Part shown: positions 56,733 to 64,000 of the stretch, piece by piece
Numbering within the stretch: the stretch's first letter is position 1
Layout: each line of letters begins with the position of its first letter
From: a virus
Reading direction: 5' to 3' (one strand)
Virus record (IMG/VR): IMGVR_UViG_3300033153_007262
Location: 5,407 to 69,406 of that record
Length of the DNA stretch: 64,000 nucleotides
The notes under the pieces: generated by a model
Seen by the model: the letters and a program-made list of their open reading frames with translations, nothing else
What the model was told of the DNA's origin: nothing
Database searches by the model: none
Made by a program: the position numbers and the translations under genes

Positions 56733-57512
56733 ATGATGCCCGCAACGAATGGAGATTGGATGACCAATGGAGATATATCGGCGGATGCCTTGCGGGGTAT
56801 CGTTGAGATGGCGCCGATAGAAATTGCTGAATTAAAGGCGCTTAAACAGAAAATATACGCACAACCGAAACCAGACGCAGAGAATAAAAAAGAATTTATG
56901 TGGAAGGCGAAACTGCTACAAGCCGATATTCCACAGATTTATTGGGACAAGGTATTCCACAATTTCTGCAACGACGACCGGGCAAAGGCAATCACGGAAC
57001 GATATGTTTCGATGATTGACGAAGCGTATGACGAAGGGATGGGCGTTTTATTCGCCGGCAAGCACGGTACCGGCAAGACGATGCTTTCTTGTATCGTTCT
57101 CAAATCTGCATTAAAAAACGGGTACACGGTTCGGTATCTCGACACTCCAAAAATAATCGATAATATTATGGCCGGGTTCGGCGACAGACAAATCAAAGAC
57201 CGCCTTTCGACTATCGTCGCCGGAACGGAGTTTCTTGTCATTGATGATTTTGGAAAAGAATACAAAGGCGTCGGCGATAAGTTAGCGCCGATGATTCAAT
57301 TAGAGTTTGACCGAATACTGCGTTTGCGAATCGGCAAAGGTAAGGTGACCATAGGGACGACAAATCATAATAGCAACAGCATAAGAAAAGCATATGGGGA
57401 CAGCGTGTGTTCAATCTTTTTAGGACATATGCAACTTATTCCCGTTGTCGGCGAGGATTACAGGGTACACCGTGGGGAAAAATTTGGTAAAAGATTAATG
57501 GAGGGGTTATGA
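56733..57512 (+). CDS. DnaC/IstB-like AAA+ helicase loader
   Basis: GKHGTGKT, LVIDDFGKE, TTN, GEDYR. Confidence 0.85.
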   Translation: MMPATNGDWMTNGDISADALRGIVEMAPIEIAELKALKQKIYAQPKPDAENKKEFMWKAKLLQADIPQIYWDKVFHNFCNDDRAKAITERYVSMIDEAYDEGMGVLFAGKHGTGKTMLSCIVLKSALKNGYTVRYLDTPKIIDNIMAGFGDRQIKDRLSTIVAGTEFLVIDDFGKEYKGVGDKLAPMIQLEFDRILRLRIGKGKVTIGTTNHNSNSIRKAYGDSVCSIFLGHMQLIPVVGEDYRVHRGEKFGKRLMEGL

Positions 57513-58903
57513 GCGACGTCGTCGGCTTAGAGCGAGATGTGATTGTCGGATTGATGAAGGGATTTGAGGCCCGGGATATTATGCCCCGGTTCACGGCGGA
57601 GTATTTTTCTGCGATGGAGTTGCGCCAATTGTTCGGTATCACAAAGGCGTATTACGAGCATTATAATGAGTTGCCGGATATCGAAGTCGTAAAGAATGAA
57701 TTGACAAAATCAGAAAAGATGTCGCCGGAAGCGGTTACGAAATTAAAGATGTTTGTTTCCAAAGCCGAGGAGTCAAATCTCGTTGAGACAAAATTTCGTT
57801 ATGCCATATTGGAGGTCGAGAAGTCTTTTGCAACACGGCGGTTAAAAGAAAATATGAAAAATGCCGTGGGGATGTTGGACAAGGGGTTACCGTTTGAGGC
57901 GCAGGAGTATTTATTCAACGGGCTGATAAATTTGGCGTCCTTTGGGCGTGAGGTGACGGTCGTTGATTTTGCGGATACCGTTGGGCAGAGGGCCAAAGAC
58001 TTAATTAACCGAAAAGAAAACCCGGAGTTGATTAAACAGTATTGTATTGCGACGGGGATTTCCGGGGTTGATAATGAATTGGACGGCGGGTTACGGAAGG
58101 GCGAGTTGGGGTTATGGTTGGCCCCGCCGGAGGGGGGCAAAAGTGTGTCGTTACAAAATATCGCAATGAATTCTGCGTTGAACGGGTACCGCACGGCGCT
58201 GTTTACGATTGAGATGACCCCAATGCAAACAGCGAGCCGGCTTGATAGTGTCCTGACGGGTATCCGCTACAAATCATTTCGCCGAGCGACGATAGAGGAC
58301 GCTGAATTTGAATATTGGATTGAGACTGTTAAAAAACTTCCGTCAAACAGATTAAAAATCATCGGGGTACCCGAAGGATGTTCGTGCCGGCTTATTGAGG
58401 CGGAGTTAAAAAGATTAGGCGTTCTGTTTAGACCAGACCTCATCGTCGTGGATTACGCCGGGATTATGAGTCCGAACGATGGGCGGTACAATAATAGTAT
58501 GGATTGGAAATACGTTGGTGAGATTGTTAAAAACCTCAAAGGGTTGGCCCTTAAATTAAATGTGCCGGTATGGTCGGCGTGTCAGTTACTTGTCGGGGCA
58601 AAGGAAAAAGATAATTTAAGTTTCAGCGATATCGGATTGGCCCGGCAACAGATATCGGCGCACGCTGATATTTGTATCGGTCTTGTTCGCACGAGTCAGA
58701 TGATAGAAATGGACACGGCCCGGTTGCAATTTGTAAAGGCCCGGGAGGGCGTGATGAGAAGGTTTATCGATGTCACGACCGACTTCGATAAGATTCGCTT
58801 AAGCACGGCGGACGTAGGCACGAAAACGGCAGAACCAGAGCAAGCGGAGGAAGTCGCCCCGGCGTTCGTTCCACCGCCTGACCAACAGGAGTGGGATGAG
58901 TGA
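57509..58903 (+). CDS. dnaB: DnaB-like replicative helicase
   Basis: TGI..VD....GG...GEL, APPEGGKS, FTIEM, IVVDY, LKGLA..LNVPVWSACQ, KAR. Confidence 0.9.
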   Translation: MSDVVGLERDVIVGLMKGFEARDIMPRFTAEYFSAMELRQLFGITKAYYEHYNELPDIEVVKNELTKSEKMSPEAVTKLKMFVSKAEESNLVETKFRYAILEVEKSFATRRLKENMKNAVGMLDKGLPFEAQEYLFNGLINLASFGREVTVVDFADTVGQRAKDLINRKENPELIKQYCIATGISGVDNELDGGLRKGELGLWLAPPEGGKSVSLQNIAMNSALNGYRTALFTIEMTPMQTASRLDSVLTGIRYKSFRRATIEDAEFEYWIETVKKLPSNRLKIIGVPEGCSCRLIEAELKRLGVLFRPDLIVVDYAGIMSPNDGRYNNSMDWKYVGEIVKNLKGLALKLNVPVWSACQLLVGAKEKDNLSFSDIGLARQQISAHADICIGLVRTSQMIEMDTARLQFVKAREGVMRRFIDVTTDFDKIRLSTADVGTKTAEPEQAEEVAPAFVPPPDQQEWDE

Positions 58904-59865
58904 AGTTCAAAATCATTCAAGACAACGTTGATATATTAAAATTATGTTCTCTGCTCGGGATAGAGGGCGAGTTGCGGGGGGAAAACCTGACAGCAAAATG
59001 CCCGGTCAACCCTGACCACGATGATAAATCTCCGTCGTTTGGAATTAAAATACACGGCGAGGGGAAAGGCGTGTGGAATTGTTATGGTTGCGGAATGAAA
59101 GGGAACGCCGTCCATTTGATAATGCTTATCAAGGGCGTGGACAGAAGTGAAGCCGAGAGCATTTTATTTCAATGGTTCGATTTGGAGGACGTGATACCAG
59201 AAGTGTCCACAAAAGAATTAATGAAAATGTTGGAGGACAGTCCGTCAGAAGATGAAGAAGAAATTTTAGTTTTACCTTTGCCCCGGCTGTCAGGCGACAA
59301 GACTACGGTCGTGAAATACTTAATGACACGCCGGGGCTACACAGAGACAGAGGCGTGGGCGATTACTAATTTTTACAAAATGGATTACTGTAACGCCGGC
59401 TATTATCAGGGGCGTGTGATAATACCAATTTATGACAGCGCCGGCGTCTATGTTACGTTTGAGGCGCAACGAATCGGTGACGGTGATGGGCCAAAGAAAT
59501 TATACCCAAAGGGTTCTCAGGTCAGTCGGCTATTATTTAATGACTGCAATGTGCAAGGGCGGAAGGTTTGTGTTTGCGAAGGGATTTGGGATGTCCTCCG
59601 CTTGCGGTCTTACGGGTACCCGGCGGTATCAGTATTCGGGGCAAACAATCTTTCGAGGTATCAGGCGTATAAAATAATCAGGAAATATGATGTCGTTGTT
59701 CTATTCTTTGACGGCGACAAAGCCGGCAAGGAAGCCGTCAAGAAGGCGGTGACGGATACCTTTTACCCATTTGTCACAACCGTCGTGGTTTCCGTCGACG
59801 GCAAAGACCCCGACGACATAAATTGCGACGAGGCCCGGGGAACCCTCGGGACTTATTTCCGTTGA
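58900..59865 (+). CDS. DnaG-like primase (CHC2 zinc finger + TOPRIM)
   Basis: CP...H.D.SPSF...CYGC; CEGIWD, FFDGDKAG, KDPD. Confidence 0.9.
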   Translation: MKFKIIQDNVDILKLCSLLGIEGELRGENLTAKCPVNPDHDDKSPSFGIKIHGEGKGVWNCYGCGMKGNAVHLIMLIKGVDRSEAESILFQWFDLEDVIPEVSTKELMKMLEDSPSEDEEEILVLPLPRLSGDKTTVVKYLMTRRGYTETEAWAITNFYKMDYCNAGYYQGRVIIPIYDSAGVYVTFEAQRIGDGDGPKKLYPKGSQVSRLLFNDCNVQGRKVCVCEGIWDVLRLRSYGYPAVSVFGANNLSRYQAYKIIRKYDVVVLFFDGDKAGKEAVKKAVTDTFYPFVTTVVVSVDGKDPDDINCDEARGTLGTYFR

Positions 59866-59890
59866 CAAAAGAACGAATATATTATATTAT
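59862..59890 (+). promoter_or_regulatory. sigma70-type promoter upstream of dnaE
   Basis: TTGACA-17 nt-TATTAT. Confidence 0.7.
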
Positions 59891-59931
59891 ATTTTGCCAT
59901 ATAGGACGTAAAAACAATAGGATATTCAGCC

Positions 59932-62900
59932 GTGGTTACATTCAAAATTCAAGGCGACAAAGTCTTTAAGTATGTAGAACGACAACCTCCAATTATCGTG
60001 GGAGCCTTGTTATCTAAAGGGGAAATCAGGGGTTACGAAGCGCAGAGGTTTGTAACAGAACATTTGCATTTCGTCCACGATGGGTGGGGGCTTGACTGCG
60101 GTCTTGTTGAAAGTTTTATCACCGGCCTACCAAACGATTCGGTTCTTGTCCCGCCACCGAGTCCAATTCAAGTTATCAAAATTTATGATGCAACCTTTGG
60201 TGAGAGTTATTATACCGACCCTCAAACGATGAAGCAGTTTGGAATCAAAGAGGAGTACGGTGACCACGGGGCGCAGTATATTCTTCCCCGGCAGTATTGG
60301 GGGCGCAACTCAAATGATTATTTTAGGCGGTCGCCGGGGTTTGTCCATTTGCATAACCACAGCGATTATTCTTTATTGGACGGGATGGTTAAGATTGAAG
60401 AATATGTTTATGGCGCCCGGCGTATGGGGATGAAGGCGATTGCGTTGACCGACCACGGGACGTTAGCCGGGCTGACAAAATTTCACAAGGAGTGTCGTAA
60501 AGCCGGCGTCAAACCGATATTAGGGTGTGAGTTTTATCTTGCCGAGGATATGAAAGACAAAGAGCGCAAGCGGAAGCATTTAACTGTTCTTGCGAAGAAC
60601 CATACCGGGTATAAAAATCTATTACGTTTATCAACGGCGTCATTTCTTGAGGGGTTTTATTATAAGCCGAGGGTTGACCGTGCATTAATGGAGAAGCACG
60701 CCGAGGGGCTTATTGTTACGTCCGGGTGTGCCGGGGGGCCGGTCATACAGTTAATGGAGGAAGGAAAGATTGCTGAAGCCGAGAAGGAATTGCTTTGGTG
60801 GAAATCGGTGTTCGGCGATGATTATTATATTGAGTTGCATTCGGATTCTTTGGAAATATATGTAAAGCATAATTGGGCGCTGACATTAATGTCTGCTCGC
60901 TTGGGCATTCCTCTTATTGCCGTCAACGATATTCATTACACAAATAAGTCCGATAAATATGCCCACGACGTTATGTTGGGCGTGCAGAAGAGACAGAGCA
61001 TAAACGATGACCCGGGTTTCTCGGTTAACACGTATTGGTTCACGAGCCGGGATGAGACCGTCGCCCTCTTTGAGGAATATCAGCCGGCGATAGATTATTC
61101 TATTATCGAACAGGCAATTTCAAATACGGTTACCGTTGCCGACAAGATTGAGGAGTACGAAATAAAAACCGAATTGGTTCTCCCCGAGCCGTCGTCCCCG
61201 GTATCGTTAAAGGAATTATGTCATACGTCGTTGATTAAGATGGGTTTTGGTAATAACGAAGAATATATTTCCCGGGTGGAGTATGAGGTCGGCGTAATTA
61301 ACTCAATGGACTTCGATAAATATTTTCTGATGCTCAAGGAAATTATCGACTGGTCGAATGCACAGGGCATAAGATTGGGGGCCGGGCGTGGGAGTGTTGC
61401 CGGAAGCCTCGTTGCTTATTTGCTAGGGATTACAGGCGTTGACCCGATGAAGTTTAATTTGCTGTTTGAACGGTTTTTGAACCCCGGGCGTAAGATTGCC
61501 CCGGACATCGATTTGGATTTCGATAATGCCCGGAGGGATGAGGTCGTTGCCTTTGTCCAATCCCGGTACGAGACCGCAAAGATATCTACAACGGTAAGAA
61601 TGAATGGGCGTGGAGTTATCCGTGACGTTTGTCGTGTCCTCGGCGTAAATATGAAGACCGCCGACCTCATCGCAAAATCTGTTCCGTTTAATTTTACAAT
61701 CGACAAGGCGTTCGTTAAGACCCCGCAATTCTCTGCGTTATATAAAGAGAACAGCGCCGTGCTTGACGTCGCCCGGAGGTTGGAGGGCATTATAAAAACG
61801 ATGGGGCAACATCCCGCCGGGGTTATAATTTCTGATAAAAACGTCAGCGAGTATATGCCGTTAAAACATCACAAAGGGAGCAAGGGCGATATTCAGATTC
61901 AAGGGGATATGGAGGACGTCGACACAATTGGATTAGTCAAAGTTGATTTTCTCGGCTCAAAGACGCAAGCCATCCTTGACCGATGCGTTAAGGAAACGGG
62001 AAAAGAGTTGTCCGGGATACCGCTTGACGACAATGAGGTGTACCGTCGGTTTTCTTTAGGCAAGTGTGAAGATATTTTTCAATTCAACTCTGAGTTAGCG
62101 ATTGAAACATTAAAAAAGGTTAAGCCCGAAAACTTTTTAGACCTCACGGCTGTGACGGCCCTCATCCGTCCCGGCGCCGGAGACTTTATCAAGGTGTTCG
62201 CAAGCCGGTCTTACACGCCGGTACTCGCCGATATGGAGCCGTTGCTCGCCGACACCCGCAACGTTATCCTTTACCAAGAGCAAAGTATGTTAATCGCCCG
62301 GGAGATTGCCGGCTTTGGATTAGGCAAGGCGGACGATTTAAGAAAAGCAATCGGCAAAAAGATTCCGAAACTTATGGCGTCGTTACGTGACGAGTTTATT
62401 CGTGGAGGTATTGAAAAGGGGTATGCGAAGGCTGATGTCCTCAAAGTGTTTCAGATAATAGAAAAAAGTCAGGGGTACTCATTTAACAAATCTCACGCCA
62501 TATCTTATACGTTAAGTTCGTATTGGGGGATGTGGTTCAAGGTTCACTTCCCGGCTGTGTATGCGGTCGCTGAAATGACAATCGAGGTTGAGGGCGACCG
62601 GGATAAATTGAATCGTTATATTATGACGGCGCAGAAGAGTAACTTAAAAATCCTACCGCCGGATATAAATGCATCTGATTTTGAATTCAAAAGAGAGGGC
62701 GATGCGATTCGTTGCGGACTTGGTATGGTTAAGCATTTCACGAATAATGGATTTGGATATTTGAAAACTAAGCGTCCGTTTGCCGACTTTGAAAGTTTTA
62801 TGGCGTCCCTCAAGGGCAAGAAACGTTTGTGTAATAAAAGAGCCGTGCAGTTTTTGGCGAAATCCGGGGCGTTTGAGTCTTTGGGAATCAACCGCCGGAC

Positions 62901-63339
62901 GGTGTTCGATTATATGGAGGGCGGATGCAAGAAAGACCCGGTGGCAGTAAAGGAATGGGATTTAACTCAAATGGCACAGGAAGAATATGACGCCATCGGA
63001 TTATATTTAACCGTTGACCCGTTGACAACATACAAGACTGCCATTGAAAAATTCAAAATCACGCCGAGGGAGTTGTTTATGAATCAGGATAAATACGCCG
63101 TCGTGCGTGTTGCCGGTATCGTAAGCAAGGTTACGAATTACGAATCGTCGAAAGGCCCGATGGCTTTTGTCGATATCTTTGGGTATGACGGGGAGTATGC
63201 GTTGAATATTTGGGCGGAGGTATGGCTGACGTTGTCCGGGACATTCTCTGCCGGGGATGTCCTCGTCGTTCAGGGCGGGCGGTTGGATGGCAACAGGGTG
63301 TCTTTGGGTAAGGGATGTAAGATTAAAAAGTTAAACTAG
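59932..63339 (+). CDS. dnaE: DNA polymerase III alpha subunit (family C)
   Basis: FVHLHNHSDYSLLDG, ALTDHG, GRGSVAGSL, PDIDLDF, HPAGV, YSFNKSHA, OB-fold C-terminus. Confidence 0.95.
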   Translation: MVTFKIQGDKVFKYVERQPPIIVGALLSKGEIRGYEAQRFVTEHLHFVHDGWGLDCGLVESFITGLPNDSVLVPPPSPIQVIKIYDATFGESYYTDPQTMKQFGIKEEYGDHGAQYILPRQYWGRNSNDYFRRSPGFVHLHNHSDYSLLDGMVKIEEYVYGARRMGMKAIALTDHGTLAGLTKFHKECRKAGVKPILGCEFYLAEDMKDKERKRKHLTVLAKNHTGYKNLLRLSTASFLEGFYYKPRVDRALMEKHAEGLIVTSGCAGGPVIQLMEEGKIAEAEKELLWWKSVFGDDYYIELHSDSLEIYVKHNWALTLMSARLGIPLIAVNDIHYTNKSDKYAHDVMLGVQKRQSINDDPGFSVNTYWFTSRDETVALFEEYQPAIDYSIIEQAISNTVTVADKIEEYEIKTELVLPEPSSPVSLKELCHTSLIKMGFGNNEEYISRVEYEVGVINSMDFDKYFLMLKEIIDWSNAQGIRLGAGRGSVAGSLVAYLLGITGVDPMKFNLLFERFLNPGRKIAPDIDLDFDNARRDEVVAFVQSRYETAKISTTVRMNGRGVIRDVCRVLGVNMKTADLIAKSVPFNFTIDKAFVKTPQFSALYKENSAVLDVARRLEGIIKTMGQHPAGVIISDKNVSEYMPLKHHKGSKGDIQIQGDMEDVDTIGLVKVDFLGSKTQAILDRCVKETGKELSGIPLDDNEVYRRFSLGKCEDIFQFNSELAIETLKKVKPENFLDLTAVTALIRPGAGDFIKVFASRSYTPVLADMEPLLADTRNVILYQEQSMLIAREIAGFGLGKADDLRKAIGKKIPKLMASLRDEFIRGGIEKGYAKADVLKVFQIIEKSQGYSFNKSHAISYTLSSYWGMWFKVHFPAVYAVAEMTIEVEGDRDKLNRYIMTAQKSNLKILPPDINASDFEFKREGDAIRCGLGMVKHFTNNGFGYLKTKRPFADFESFMASLKGKKRLCNKRAVQFLAKSGAFESLGINRRTVFDYMEGGCKKDPVAVKEWDLTQMAQEEYDAIGLYLTVDPLTTYKTAIEKFKITPRELFMNQDKYAVVRVAGIVSKVTNYESSKGPMAFVDIFGYDGEYALNIWAEVWLTLSGTFSAGDVLVVQGGRLDGNRVSLGKGCKIKKLN

Positions 63340-63350
63340 GAGGCACGTCG

Positions 63351-63476
63351 ATGTTGGTACGCAGAAAAAAGAAATCGATATGGCTAAAGGAAGTAACAAC
63401 CGAGCAGTTTGATTGCATTGCCCTCCCGATAATATTCTTTTTATTTGCCGGGCTGTGCGTGTGGTTAATGAGGTAA
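63351..63476 (+). CDS. small TM protein (41 aa)
   Basis: AGGAGG RBS; basic N-terminus and hydrophobic C-terminus. Confidence 0.45.
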   Translation: MLVRRKKKSIWLKEVTTEQFDCIALPIIFFLFAGLCVWLMR

Positions 63477-63492
63477 AGGGAACGGAGACAAA

Positions 63493-63969
63493 ATGAGTGA
63501 GAGAATTAAAAAGGCAAAAGAAGAATTGACAAAGGCGTATGAGGTGACCGGCATTTCGATTATCAACGAGGCGCTAGATATCATTTTCAAGTATCAAACG
63601 ATGTCGCCGACCGACCCGGATTTTAGTATTGAGGAGATGCAGAGGGATTCAATTGTGCTGACTTCAATTAACTTTACTTTACATACTTATACGGTAAAGT
63701 ACGAGGCCGAGGCGGACAGAAAGAAGTCCGAGGTCAAGTTTGAACGGGCGAGGGAATTTAATGCGCAGAAAGTTATTGACCCAAAGATGAGTGATAAAAA
63801 GTGTGAATACATTGCCGAGGAAAAGATTTATGAAACAATCAAACAGGAAATCGAGGCCCGCAAGACCGCCCGGTATCTTGACGTCGCTTGGCAAAGGGCG
63901 GTGGACGTTGTAAATATGCTAAAGAAAATTGTTGAAAGGTCAATGTGGCAAGGGCCACAGGCGACGTAA
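63493..63969 (+). CDS. helical hypothetical protein (replication/recombination accessory)
   Basis: GGAG RBS; coiled-coil 158-aa ORF after the polymerase. Confidence 0.65.
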   Translation: MSERIKKAKEELTKAYEVTGISIINEALDIIFKYQTMSPTDPDFSIEEMQRDSIVLTSINFTLHTYTVKYEAEADRKKSEVKFERAREFNAQKVIDPKMSDKKCEYIAEEKIYETIKQEIEARKTARYLDVAWQRAVDVVNMLKKIVERSMWQGPQAT

Positions 63970-64000
63970 AGGGAGCCGGGGATGATTTGCCCGTACTGTA

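Noticed and set aside
389-63894. Numerous minus-strand ORFs and the ORFs at 43111, 43406 and 43661
   Set aside because: The minus-strand ORFs are shadows of + strand genes. The other three arise from skewed composition and have no RBS or recognisable motifs.

Overview
This is a 64-kb segment of a tailed dsDNA phage with a long non-contractile (siphovirus-type) tail, with all credible genes on the + strand. Gene order: terminase, portal, MuF, an ADP-ribosyltransferase-like gene, XkdF protease, scaffold and major capsid (0.7-9.7 kb); glycosyltransferase and methyltransferase genes mixed with giant acidic-repeat virion proteins (9.8-27 kb); neck, tail tube, tape measure and lambda-like tail tip (27-41 kb); holin-like genes (42-43 kb); a putative early operon (43.4-52.6 kb); and a replication module (SNF2 helicase, DnaC-like loader, DnaB, primase, DnaE; 52.6-64 kb). 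The main observation is in the early operon. It contains 11 complete hammerhead ribozymes: one type II at the end of a long leader and ten type I. Each type I copy lies 27-41 nt upstream of a start codon, and nine of them begin at the stop codon of the preceding gene. They show intact CUGANGA/GAAA/NUH cores and covarying stems, so the early transcript appears to cut itself into single-gene RNA cassettes. The mosaic ribozyme repeats also suggest cassette shuffling. All protein calls are by motif recognition only; no database searches were run.
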